This document shows, piece after piece, positions 1-12,815 of a stretch of 64,000 nucleotides of DNA. The position numbers were made by a program, and so were the translations under genes. The stretch covers positions 62,001 through 126,000 of the forward strand of contig NIVC01002285.1 in assembly GCA_002269645.1 (NCBI GenBank), read 5' to 3'. The notes under the pieces are model-generated. The model was not told the DNA's origin. It was given only the letters and a program-made list of their open reading frames with translations, and ran no database searches. The number at the start of each line of letters is the position of its first letter. Positions within the stretch are counted from its first letter, which is position 1. This DNA comes from Macrostomum lignano. Its lineage: Eukaryota.

Positions 1-150
1 GAAGCTGTGTATCAACGAAGCGGCGCTCAGGATATCGTTGGCGAAAGCAATCTGGGTCGTAGGCATAATGACCTAGGAGCAAAAGAACTGCCATTACATG
101 GCAGTCACAGCCAGCTGTTCGGCTACCCAGAAAGAGGATCCACTGTTTAA
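1..150 (-). pseudogene. Possible degenerate SWIM-type Zn-finger remnant of a transposon-derived protein
   Basis: The minus strand reads LGSRTAGCDCHVMAVLLLLGHYAYDP. This resembles the C-x-C...GxRTxGxCxHxxxxLxxLGY tail seen in invertebrate transposon-associated SWIM proteins. The upstream frame is broken. Confidence 0.3.
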
Positions 151-454
151 AAAGTCTTCTGCATGGCTGCATGGTGTAGCAGACTCCCAATGAGTCCCGT
201 TTTCGACTTCCGGGCTTCACCAGATGGCTCAAACAACTCCCGATCATGAGGACCCCACTAAAGCAGCGTAAAAATGATGCGATGCGTGCTCATTAAGGGA
301 TGTGTGGCAGGGGGTCCGTACAGAAATTATTTTTAAGGCTCAGGTGGGTGACCCAGCTATATGACCAGAGCCGAATTTGTGAATTTTCTATCCCGTCATA
401 TGTTTCCCATTAGATGAATTCCCTGACTGTAATCTCGTACAGTCTCTAATACTG

Positions 455-1256
455 GAATAACTCATACAGGCTTTAAGCTAGGGTGCTGATTTTTGACTTG
501 CCAACGCATCTCGCGTGCGTCAAGAGAAAAATAAAGTTTCGTAGCTCTGCCTTGAGTAGAAGTGTCTGTCAGCGAATGTCAAGCTGGACCCCCAAAATAC
601 ACTACGGAGATAGGAACACAGTTTGCAGGTGAATAACTCGTACAGGCTTTAAGCTAGGGTGCTGATTTTTGACTTGCCAACGCATCTCGCATGCGTAAAG
701 AGAAAAATAAAGTTTCGTAGCTCTGCGTTGAGTAGAAGTGTCTGTCAGCGAATGTCAAGCTGGACCCCCAAAATACACTACGGAGATAGGAACACAGTTT
801 GCAGGTGAATAACTCGTACAGGCTTTAAGCTAGGGTGCTGATTTTTGACTTGCCAACGCATCTCGCATGCGTCAAGAGAAAAATAAAGTTTCGTAGCTCT
901 GCGTTGAGTAGAAGTGTCTGTCAGCGAATGTCAAGCTGGACCCCCAAAATACACTACGGAGATAGGAACACAGTTTGCAGGTGAATAACTCGTACAGGCT
1001 TTAAGCTAGGGTGCTGATTTTTGACTTGCCAACGCATCTCGCATGCGTCAAGAGAAAAATAAAGTTTCGTAGCTCTGCGTTGAGTAGAAGTGTCTGTCAG
1101 CGAATGTCAAGCTGGACCCCCAAAATACACTACGGAGATAGGAACACAGTTTGCAGGTGAATAACTCGTACAGGCTTTAAGCTAGGGTGCTGATTTTTGA
1201 CTTGCCAACGCATCTCGCGTGCGTCAAGAGAAAAATAAAGTTTCGTAGCTCTGCGT
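455..1256. repeat. 176-bp tandem repeat, about 4.6 near-identical copies
   Basis: The unit start GAATAACTC recurs at 455, 631, 807, 983 and 1159 (period 176). A degenerate partial copy lies at about 1290-1345. Confidence 0.95.
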
Positions 1257-2004
1257 GTATTTTAAGCCGTTTTGTTGAGTTGCATAATAATACACTAAGG
1301 AGATAGGAACAAACTTTATATGTGAATAATTTGTACAGTCTATTTTTAAATGCTGAGATATTTTACGTGGTTTTTTTTCTTGATTGCGTCAAAGTTTTTG
1401 TAAAAATTTAAAGCGTTTCGTTCAAGTAAAGAAAAGTTACAGCGGCTTTGTTAAAATTTGAATGTAAATCTGAATGTCAATCGGGAAATAATTACGTTAA
1501 AGATAATTAGTTTAAAAAAAGATATTTACTTTCGATTTTTCTCATTAGCTTTAACACCAACAACGAAAAAAGACATAATGTAGACATGTAGTGCAAGCAA
1601 AACCAAGAATGGACTCAATGGATCCTATATATTCACTTTTGTTATAGTGGTCATTTAAATAGGAAAATTGTTATAAGATTGAGGTGGGGGTGGAGAAGAA
1701 CTTTCTTAGAACGGTTGTTTTTGAATTTGCTGACACCAGTGAGGTGGGGCGGATTCCTCGTTTGAATTGCCGCCGGCGTTGAGTTCGCACGAATAAAACC
1801 GGAAAAACGCGCAGACGAATCACAACGAAATTTCTTCTCCTGTTTTACTCCGACAGCCGGGTTCTCAAGTCCGGGGGGAGGGTAGTTGTAATCGTAGCGG
1901 AGCGGTCGTATAGCGGCCCGGTCGTTCAGATCCGTAGACTCAATTGGTCTTGACACCGTAAATCTGCTTTGGAATTGTCGTACTGATTACTGTCAGTAGA
2001 GTAG

Positions 2005-2660
2005 CGCTGCCACCACCGTAATTTGATCCGTATTACGGAACGTTGGGATCTCAGAGCTCGCTTAGAGTTGAGATCGATTCGGTTGTTTAACGCCCCACGG
2101 GCAAATGACTCAAGATAACTATTATGGGCTTCGTTAACGAGATAGACTTAATTATTAGTTAATTAATATTATTTATTGATGTTGTACTAGCAGGCGTAAA
2201 TTGGCAAAATAAAGTTAAATTCAGACGATTGATCCTCGGCCGGTGCCGGGTGGGACGACTAACTGAACAAACTAGTAGATCGAGACTAAATAAGTACTAA
2301 TTTAACTTCGTGCACAACAGGAAATTAAACACTAAACAGACGAGTACACGAGGGTTCACGAAGCGGAACGGAACGGAAAACGAACAAGTAGGAGGCAGGG
2401 GAAAGGAAAGATGAAAACTTGCGGCCCGAAATGGCCTTAATAAATAGTGGGGCGATGTCATCCGGACGGGGATGGAGCAGCAGATGGGGCAGGAAGGCGA
2501 AGGATGGGGCAGGAGATGGGGCGAAGGATGGGGCAGGAGATGGGGCGAAGGATGGGGCAACGGACGACAACAAAGCCGGGAATGAGAATAACAAAAAAAT
2601 TACGCGCGACGGCAAAAGATGGGGCGAGGGATGGGACATGGGACGGCGCAACGGGTGACA
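2005..2660 (-). mobile_element. Putative LTR-like segment with possible tRNA-Leu PBS
   Basis: The minus strand begins TGTCAC at 2660, has AATAAA (plus strand TTTATT 2172-2177) and is followed by TGGTGGCAGCG (2015-2005), a tRNA-Leu 3'-end complement. It has internal 24-bp GATGGGGC repeats (2480-2560). No partner LTR is seen and the CA-to-PBS spacing is atypical. Confidence 0.3.
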
Positions 2661-5600
2661 CAGAACGCGAGAGTCATTGCGGTGAGGTCACCTGTTCCAA
2701 ACGTGGTAGTGCGCCCTACCACAAGATGATCATAGGATGTAGGACAAAACTGAAAGAGATATCAATTTCATTTTATGATCATATAAAGCCAAGGCACTCA
2801 TTAGTTTCATGGTCTAGTTGATTAGGTTGGAATTAGAAATGTTATGAAGCAAATTTGGTTGGACAATAAAACTCTACTGCAAGATGTCTATCAGCTATGA
2901 TAAGAAATTTAGCAAAAAATTAGTAGCAATCAAAAATGTAGCAAGAATTTGAAGCTTCTTTATGCCTATCTCTTTAGTACGTACGTTTAGACTTAAGTGT
3001 AGCCCTACTTTACTATGGCTATGCAACATTTTGGCAAAGTAATGTTTAGGCAAATAATGTTTCAACAAAGTATTGTAGTTTTAGCAACTTTATTTATAAA
3101 CGCTTTTATTTCATTGACACAATGCTACATACTTTAATAATTACTGAACTTGCTATAAAAGAATTTTCTCTATATAGGCCTAATAAAAGAACCTGGTGGC
3201 AATTAAGACTACTTTTTTAAATCACTACAATTTTTTTCTGATTTTTTAAAGTGCAGTTAAAGGTTTGTTACCTATTTATTAAATTGACTTTAACTCTTTA
3301 CGACTTTAGGCCTAGGCCTATTTGTTAGATGGCTATGTATTAATATTTTGGTCAATGGTATTTTTGTTTGCTGCTAGTTTGTCAGCTATTCTTTTGTTTG
3401 CAAAAATACAATGTAGTAATTTTGTCTACTACAGAATAATAAGACTAAAACATGATTCCAGTACATATAATATTGAAAACAAATATCTTTCTATCTTAAA
3501 AAGTATTTATAGTAGTAGTAAAGATCAAGAACTCATTACATTATTAGAACACAAGCATGTATATAAAAAATATTGATTTTTTCCAAGTGACCCAAGCCCA
3601 AACATTGACCTACAGGCTATACTCATGTACTAACTTTTTGTTTATATAATAAGTAAGCATTGCAACAGGGATAGCAAATGCATTATCATCATTGGATAGG
3701 GCTCAGAATAGCTAGCCAATCCTATTTAAGAATTTAACCAAAAACTTTACCTTTAATATTTGTAAGTCCATAGGGGCCTAGCTTGTAAATTTTCTTTTCT
3801 CAATAGAAATTTAAAATTTATATTATTTTTCCTAGAAAGATTTCAATAAACAAAATTTGCTTGCAAAAAATGACATTGTATTATTAAACTCATTTTGGTT
3901 TTGTATAACTCGTAATATATAATTTTTTAAATTAGCTTTACAAGCTATTCAGCTATACTTTCATTTTTCTTTTTAAAAAATCATTTTATGTGCTGGTAGA
4001 CAAATGACCTTGCACTAATATTTTAGCCACTATGTTAGGTTGGCAATTTGTCTGCCTTTTAATTTGTATGCTTCAAGCTAGAAAATTTAGCCCTATGTAT
4101 TTGTTTAAATCTGCATTGGTTATTCCATCTGCTATGGGCCTTCAATTCCAAGGGAAAGGTAGTAAAAATATTGTAGTCAAGCAGTCTTTATCTTCTATAT
4201 ATAATATAACAATTTTTGAATTTGACAAAATGTTTTAATACTTTGCCAAAACATTACATTTGTGATTCCCCAAAACATTAATTTGCCAAAATGTCACATA
4301 GCCTTTACTATAAATATTCATTCTTTAATTTCCTTGCTTTCTGTCTTGACTATGGATAGGTATAGTCAAAATTGTTATATTTTAAATCACTAAAGGTATC
4401 ATAGCAGCAATAGAATAAATAAAACTAAATATAGATTATTATATTAGCAAGTGTTAATTAGTAATTCTAGTTCCACCAGTGAATGAGCTATGCCTGGTGC
4501 CGCCAAAGAGAGCAAGAAAACCCGAGGCCCCACTAGGGGCCAAGGGTGAGTGAATAATTTCTACCCATGGCGGCCAAAGGCCGACATGGGCTAGAAAGTA
4601 TTTATGAGTAAATAAGTTAGACTCCCATGCATTTTGAAATTTCATGTTTTTTCTTTAAAAAAATGCTCCTGTTTTGCAACCACTGCACTGATTGAGTTGA
4701 GTGAAATGTCGATCGATAGAAAACTTTTAGATCTATTAAATGAATATACTTTTTCCTACAAAGCTTTTTGAGTTTTGGCTTCAAAGCAGTGCAGTTAGAT
4801 GCGCAATGCAAAAATCTACAAGTCTCTAAAGTTTTGTTTTCCTACAATTCTGCAGTGCTGAAAAAAATTACATGACTTTCATATTATTGCTCATTATAAT
4901 TTTGAGAACATGGTGCGAATAATCCAACTTTGAATTTCTATAGCATAGTTGCTGTACTATATTGGTTTGAATTTCTGCCATCTGATTTCACTGCTTTTGG
5001 GTTGAAAATCAATCAGAAATCGATAATTTGTGATTTTTGGCTGATTGTGTGCCAGAAAAATGGGTGATAAAATTTTTAAAAGAATGGTAGATCAAATGCA
5101 GATACTGCAACAAGTTGTACTAATGTCTGGCTAAAATTTACCAAGTTTTTGAGTGTCTGCAACAAGTGCTCATATATCAAAAGTGATTGGAAATCGATCA
5201 GAGTAGGGATTTTTTAATATTTTGCTTGAAATCAGGCAAAATAACACAATTGGACAGTATTATTTTTATGACGGCTGATTTCCCACAAAACAAGGCATAT
5301 TTGTGTGCAATTTCTAGAGATTCAGTTCATTGGGTAAAAATTATCGATAAAAAACTGAAAACTTGACTTTTTACTCTTATGCTAGTTTTGGGGCTATTTA
5401 AACTGGAAATGGTAACAATTTTGCACTGAAACCTATGCACAGTGTTCCATATAGCTAATTTAACAAATTTCTTGAATTTCATAACTATTCAATGTTTTTT
5501 CATGTAAAAAATGCCTTTTGCATCAAAATTCATCAGATTAAGCTGCTTTGCACTTTGCACCGGACTAAACTCAACTCAAAACACTAAATGTATGATGTGG

Positions 5601-7161
5601 CAGCAATATGGTGATATTGCTGTGCAATGAAAGCTAAAGTTGCTAACATATTTAGCCATCAACCATGCAAAAAATAAAAGCAAAAAGTAAAAACTATTTA
5701 TTGGATTGAATTTTGTTCTTCTTGAGTTCCTTTATTCATTGTGTAATATTAGGCAAGAACTATTGGGAGCAATGAGCAAGCTAAACGGTGTTAAAAACTT
5801 GAAAATGCACAAATGGGATGCTTGTTTTGTCACCAAAATCAGAATTTGACACAATTGAGGTAAACTGGGAGGAAATCTCCAATCTCGAAGTCAATCCTGG
5901 GATCCCGGGATTTCCAGTTTTTTAATATCGGGATCTCAGGATTGAAAAAGGCTGGGATTTTGCAACCCCTACTCATGTTGTGTCACCAATTCCTGTCTCC
6001 ATTTTTATTAATCGGTTAATCCCAATGCCCAATGGCAAATTTCAGTAACAACAATGCAATGATGAGTTAGAGTCTGTATCTGCCACTGGTTTTTTTATTT
6101 TGTTAATAACATGGGTAACGGAAGTGAGTAATAGACAGTAACTTAAAAGTTACTAGGTTTTGTATAAAGTTGCTTAGGCTAGTGTAAGCTACTTTTTAAA
6201 AAGTGGTAACTTAGTACAGTAATGCAAGTTAGTTTTTTGAGTAACTTGCCCAACACTGAGTACAGATAATACTATATAGATAAAATAAATGTTAAGTGTT
6301 TGGAAAATTTATCATTTTGGAAGTGTTTGTTTGGTTCATAGATTTTATCTCTAAAATCTTTAACTACTAAATAGACAAAAAATACCCATGGATATATGTA
6401 GCATCTAGTATTATAATTGGGAGAAAGTGTTTGTCATTTTTGTTTTATTGCATAAATTTAAACCCTTTTTTCAAAATGTCTATGACCATAATTCTTATCT
6501 TTCATCATAGATATGTAACACTTAGCTAACCTGGTCATCCTGACTAGGTGCCAGAATAGCCAGGCAGGTGTGTTGCAGAACTGATCAATCTAGCTTTAAA
6601 AATTGTCAAGGGATTATACAAGAAAAACAATTGACAAATTAAATAAAAAGAAGATAAACTTCTTGAGTGCTTGAAAAACAAACAAGGCAAAAAAAGCAAA
6701 AGAGAACTAAATTAGTTGTAGCCAGACAAAAATGATTTAAATTGTATAAAGTGTAAAGCTATATTGCAAAAAGGCTCTCTAGATATAGGTATGTCACATT
6801 TCTATGGCAAAAGATATGGCATTTCTGGGTAAAATTCAGTTTGTGTAAATTTTTATTATGTATAGTTAAAAATACAACTAAACAACTTAGTACAAAAACA
6901 ACAAATTTTGCAACAGGTGTTAGTTAGCAAAAATTCTTCTTTCAATATTTGCTTTTTTCAGATTCAGTATCTAGAAAATCTTTTTTGGTTAATTGGTAAA
7001 AATGTCATGCTATTTAATGCAATTGGAATGAATCTTCACTATATGAATAGAATGGAGATTCTCATCGCAATTCAGTTATGCGAAAGATATCTTAGTCTCA
7101 TTCTATATCATATGTATCTATGCTTCAATCCTTCAGCAAAGGCCGCCAGAGCCGCCACAGA

Positions 7162-9428
7162 ATGCAGCAGGGACAGCGTCTTCTAGCCAGTCTGGGGCAT
7201 CGATGCAACAATCTGCTTCTGCCCGGCTCGCCGCTTGCCACTTGCCTGCCGCTCGTCATTGACGGGCACAGACTGGGCCTGGTGAAACCCGACATCGCCA
7301 GAATCCTCACCGCCAGGTGCCCATCTGTCTTCCACTACGGCTCCGGCGGCCGCTCCCTGACGCTGGCCGATGGTCTGTCTGGCTTTCGCCCGGTTAGCAA
7401 CGCCATGGCAACGGCATTTGAGCAGCTCAGAACTGACGGAGTTTTTCCCTGCCTGACTAAGGGCTGGCGAAATGAGCTGTACGCTGCCAGGCTGCGGTCT
7501 ACCAGACAGCCTGTCTTTGAGGTGCGGACAGCTGGGATGTGACTGGACTTGGGAAATGCCCAGCATCTGGCTTTACCACCGCAGGTATGCCAGGCCGAGT
7601 CTTGAGACTGACCTCTGTCCACTGGCATGGCCTCCCCAGTCTACTGACATCCCAGTCTACTGACATCCCAGTCTACTGACATCCCAGTCTACCGACACCC
7701 ATTCTACTGACACCCCAGTCTACTGACACCCCAGTCTACTGACACCCCAGTCTACCGACACCCATTCTACTGACATCCCAGCCCATGGCCACCCCAGTGT
7801 ACTGACACCCCAGTCTACTGACACCCCAGCCTACTGACACCCCAGCCTACTGACATCCCAGTCTACTGACACCCTAGTCTACTGACATCCCAGCCCATGG
7901 CCACCCCAGTGTACTGACACCCCAGTCTACTGACACCCCAGTCTACTGACACCCCAGCCTACTGACATGCCAGTCTACTGACACCCCAGTCTACTGACAT
8001 CCCAGTCTACTGACACCCCAGTCTACTGACACCCCAGTCTACTGACACCCCAGTCTACCGACACCCATTCTACTGACATCCCAGCCCATGGCCACCCCAG
8101 TGTACTGACACCCCAGCCTACTGACATCCCAGTCTACTGACACCCTAGTCTACTGACATCCCAGCCCATGGCCACCCCAGTGTACTGACACCCCAGTCTA
8201 CTGACATCCCAGTCTACTGACATCCCAGTCTACTGACATGCCAGTCTACTGACACCCCAGTCTACTGACATCCCAGTCTACTGACATCCCAGTGTACTGA
8301 CGTCCCAGTGTACTGACACCCCAGTCTACTGACACCCCAGTCTACTGACATCCCAGTGTACTGACACCCCAGTCTACTGACATGCCAGTCTACTGACAAC
8401 CCAGTCTACTGACACCCCAGTCTACCGACACCCATTCTACTGACATCCCAGCCCATGGCCACCCCAGTGTACTGACACCCCAGCCTACTGACATCCCAGT
8501 CTACTGACATCCCAGTCTACTGACATCCCAGTCTACTGACATGCCAGTGTACTGACACCCCAGTCTACTGACACCCCAGTCTACTGACATCCCAGTGTAC
8601 TGACACCCCAGTCTACTGACATGCCAGTCTACTGACAACCCAGTCTACTGACATCCCAGTCTACTGACATGCCAGTCTACTGACATCCCAGTCTACTGAC
8701 ACCCTAGTCTACTGACATCCCAGTCTACTGACATCCCAGTCTACTGACATCCCAGCCTACTGACATCCCAGTCTACTGACACCCCAGCCCTTGGCCATCC
8801 ATCCCATCCCATGGCCACCCCAGCCCAGCTAACCGGGGTCAAACGATCCTCTCCCGAACAGGTTGAGCGCAGCGCGGCCTCCCTGCTGGGCATCGCGCAG
8901 TGGGGCTGCCACGTGAACGGCTACACAGTGGCAGCGGACGGCAGCCAGCGGCCGGTTGCCATGTGGCTGGCCAGGCGGTCGCTAAGCAAGCCAACGTGGC
9001 CCGGCCACCTGGACAACCTGGTTGGCGGCGGCCTGCCCAGCGACTGCGACTCGCCAACGCTGAACGCCCGCAAGGAGGCCCAGGAGGAGGCGGGCATCCC
9101 GGCCGCGCTGCTGGACAGCCTGCAGCCAGTCGGCACCGTCAGCTACTTCTACGAAGACGAACGCGGCGTATTCCCCGACGTGGAGTACTGCTACGACTTG
9201 GCCCTGCCCGACACCTTCTCGCCTGTTAGCGTCGATGGCGAGGTGGCGGAGTTCCGCCTGGTCCCGCTGGCCGACCTGCCCGAGCTGATCGCTCAGCCGG
9301 ACTTCAAGCCGAACAGCGGCCTGGTGTGCTTGGACTTCCTGCTGCGCCGGGGCTGCCTCAGCCCGGATACGCAGCCGCTGTACGACCTGCTGATGGAGAT
9401 GTGCCATACCCGACTGCCGCTGGACTGA
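7162..9428 (+). CDS. Nudix hydrolase with N-terminal DUF4743 (YJR142W / plant NUDT20-like), 308 aa; exons 7162-7521, 8862-9428
   Basis: Phase-0 intron GAG|GTGCGG ... CTAAC...CCCGAACAG|GTT joins PVFE to VERSAASLLG. Motifs GWRNELY, GCHVNGY, MWLARRS..KPTWPG.LDNLVGGG and the Nudix box variant RKEAQEEAG are present. Confidence 0.92.
7630..8790. repeat. Intronic minisatellite, 16-bp unit CCCAGTCTACTGACAT (Nudix intron)
   Basis: About 70 tandem variant units are directly visible. Confidence 0.95.
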
Positions 9429-9740
9429 GATGTTTGGTGGCTGCCGATATGTATCGAAAACAGGCTTTCTGAAGACTGTTTACCTATGAACAATATAGTA
9501 AATATAGTTTGTGCGCATTTTTAACTTTTTTATTGGTCTGAGACCGTTAATTTATGATGCTGGATGCGTGTTTATAATAGTACTATTAGTAGCATAAACC
9601 ATAGCCTTGCTATGCTCTATTTTCATTTCGTAAAAATATAACCTTAGAAGCATATTATATAGATTTGTTAATAATTTTTTTATTTGGAAATTTTTAATTT
9701 GATGACGAATTGATGTTTAGCTCTTGGCACTAATCAGATC

Positions 9741-9872
9741 GCCTTTTCCGCCCACGCACATGACATCGTATGGCCTTTTCCGCCCACGTACGTGACCTCG
9801 TATGGCATTTTCCACCCACGCACATGTCCTCGGATGGCCTTTTCCACCCACGCACATGTCCTCGATGGCCTT
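9741..9872. repeat. 32-bp tandem repeat x4 in the Nudix-SLU7 intergenic region
   Basis: GCCTTTTCCRCCCACGCACATG... starts at 9741, 9773, 9805, 9837 and 9868. Confidence 0.85.
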
Positions 9873-9994
9873 TTTACCTACTTACCTGCTCTGATTTGAT
9901 CTCACCATGCTAGCATTCGTACTTTACAAAAAAGAATATAATTTCGCATAAATATCCTGCATGCGCTACTAGTTCAGCTCAGCAGTAGTCAGCC

Positions 9995-12815
9995 ATGTCT
10001 TTTCTACCAAATCTGCCGCCCTCCGTGCTGGCAAAAAATGCGGACGCCGAAGCGCTGGGCGCCAGGCGCAGCAAGGAGGAATATCGCAAGATGAAGGAGC
10101 TGGAGGAGGCCCGGAAGCTGGCGGCAGTGCCAGCCATGAAAGACGAAGAGGGCAAGGACATCAACCCGCACATACCGCAGTACATCATGCAGGCGCCCTG
10201 GTACTACGGCGCCCTTCACCCCACCCTGAAGCATCAGATTAAGCCGGCGGGCGAAGACGAGAAGCGCCAGCCGGATACGACTGCCTCAGGCGAGATCATC
10301 ACCATGGCCAGCGGCGGCAGCGAGGCCCTGAACCGCTGGTACAAGCGCGGCCAGGCCGCCGGGCCCCGGGCCACCAAGTATCGGAAGGGCGCCTGCGCCA
10401 ACTGTGGCGCCGCCACCCACCAGGCCAAGGACTGCTTCCAGCGGCCCAGGGCCCGCGGCGCCAAGTGGACTGGGGAGGACATTGCGCCAGACCAGCACGT
10501 GCAGCCGGACTTGAAGCTGGACTTCGAGGCCAAGCGGGACCGGTGGAACGGCTACGATCCGGCCAGCTACAGGCAGGTGATTGACAGCTACGCCAAGCTG
10601 GAGGAGGCCAGGAAGCAGGTGCGATCCAGCAAGCAGGAGGCCGGCGGCGAGGAGGGGGTGAGTCGCTTTGGATTGCGCATGCTGCTTTGATTTCGGGATA
10701 TCATGATAGCGCGGGTGAGGCACAGGTCTGGGGAGCACCTTTGTACTGGGAGACTAGAGATGAGTCAGGTATGTTAGAAAGACGGGATGGTATGAAGCTA
10801 GTGGGTGAGATAGAGAGATTGCGGGTGAGATCATTAGAGATAGCGGGTGAGATTATTGGAGATAGCGGGTAAGATTATCAGAGATAGCGGGTGAGATTAT
10901 TGGAGATAGCGGGTAAGATTATTAGAGATAGCGGGTGAGATTATTGGAGATAGCGGGTGAGATCATCAGAAATCGCGGGTGAGATTATCAGAGATAGCGG
11001 CTTGAGATTATCAGAGAAAGCGAGTGAGATTAAGAGAGATAACGGGTGAGCTTATCAGAGATAGCGGTTTGAGATGATCAGAGATAGTGGGTGAGATTAA
11101 GAGAGATAGGGGGTAAGATTATCAGAGATAGCAGGTGAGGTTATTGGAAATAGCGGGTGAGATTATCAGAGATAGCGGGTGAGATTATGAGATAAAGAGA
11201 CCATGCAATCCCGTGGAATTGCCCAAGCGCTTATGCTGCGAATTCTGCTTCCAGGAGCAGCGTGACGACGAAGACCGGTACGGAGACGAGATGGCGATGC
11301 CCGGGCAGAAGTTCGACTGCAAGGAGCGGCAGTCGGTGAGGAACCTGCGCATCCGGGAGGACACGGCCAAGTACCTGTACAACCTGGACCCCAGCTCGGC
11401 CTACTACGATCCCAAGACCCGAGCGATGCGAGGCAATCCTTTTGAAGGCCGCGACGTGTCCGTAGAGGAGGCCCCGTTCGCCGGCGACAATTACATCCGT
11501 TACCAAGGCGACGCGTTGCCAATGATGGAGCAGCAGGTGTTCGCCTGGGAGCTGCAGGCCGAGAAAGGCGTCGATGCGCACCTGCAGGCCAATCCGACCC
11601 GCTTGGAGCTGCTGCACCGCGAGCTGGACGAGAAAAGCAAAGAAATTGGCGGCCAGATCTCACAGCAGATCCTCGAGAAGTGAGTTGCTGTTTGCTCTTG
11701 CCTGGTCTCACCCTTCCTCTGATCTAATCTCACCCTGCTGATCCTATCTCACCCTACTCTGACCTAATCTCACCCTTCCTCTGACCAAACCCCACCCTTT
11801 CTCTGATCTAATCTCACCCTTCTGATCCTATCTCTCCCTACTCTGATCCTATCTCACCCTACTCTGATCCTATCTCTCCCTTCCTCTGACCTAAATCTCA
11901 CGCTTCCTCTGACCTAATCTTACCCTTTCTCTGATCTAATCTCACCCTGCCTCTGACCTAATCTCACCCTTCCTCTGACCAAACCCCACCCTTCCTCTGA
12001 CCAAACCCCACCCTTTCTCTGATCTAATCTCACCCTTCTGATCCTATCTCACCCTACTCTGATCCTATCTCTCCCTTCCTCTGACCTAAATCTCACGCTT
12101 CCTCTGACCTAATCTTACCCTTTCTCTGATCTAATCTCACCCTGCCTCTGACCTAAATCTTACCCTCCCTCTGACCAAACCCCACCCTTTCTCTAACCAA
12201 ATCTCATCCTCCCCCTGACCCATCTTACCTTTACTCTTACCCTTCTAAGCTCTCTCCCTCCTCACCCAATGTCACCTTTAAAAGCCTTCAAAACTCAGCT
12301 AAAATAAAAAGATGCACGCAACGCCGCACCCGCACAGGTACGGAGGCCAGGAGCACCTGCGCGCAGCGGACAGCGAGGCTCCAGAACTGTCGGCGCTGTC
12401 GCAGACTGAGCAGTACGCCGAGTACTCCCGCACTGGCACCCTGCTGCGCGGCGCCGAGGCCCCGGCGGTCCGGTCTCGCTACGACGAGGACAAAAAGCCG
12501 CTGAACCACACCAGCGTGTGGGGCTCGTACTGGGAGGCCGGCAAGTGGGGCTACAAGTGCTGCCGGTCCACCATGCGCAACGCCTACTGCACGGGATTGA
12601 AGGGCCGCCTGCCGGCCGCCGGGCCGCCGGCTGTTAAAGACTCGACCGCAGCTGCCTCCGGCTCAAAACGGGCCGCCGCTTCCAATGCTGACGACGGATC
12701 TGCGACGGCAGTTGCGGAGAAGAAGAGGAAGCAATCCGAGTCGGAGAGCGACAGTAGCAGCAGCAGCAGCGGCAGTAGCAGCAGTGACGACTCTTCTGAT
12801 TCTGATTCTGAGTGA
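9995..12815 (+). CDS. SLU7: Pre-mRNA splicing factor SLU7, 521 aa; exons 9995-10657, 11255-11679, 12338-12815
   Basis: Motifs INPHIPQYIMQAPWY, Zn knuckle CANCGAATHQAKDC, KRDRWNGYD, VRNLRIREDTAKYLYNLD, and HTSVWGSYW..GKWGYKCC. Splice sites GGG|GTGAGT to CCAG|GAG (phase 0) and GAA|GTGAGT to ACAG|G (phase 2, KYGGQEHL) are consistent. Confidence 0.97.
10802..11193. repeat. Intronic minisatellite, 22-bp unit GCGGGTGAGATTATCAGAGATA (SLU7 intron 1)
   Basis: About 18 tandem variant units. Confidence 0.93.
11705..12225. repeat. Intronic minisatellite, ~22-bp unit TAATCTCACCCTGCCTCTGACC (SLU7 intron 2)
   Basis: About 23 tandem variant units. The core is the reverse complement of the intron-1 unit core. 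Confidence 0.93.

Noticed and set aside
2900-6900. Short AT-rich ORFs in the 5' intergenic region
   Set aside because: Low complexity, no motifs and a composition unlike the GC-rich exons of this genome.
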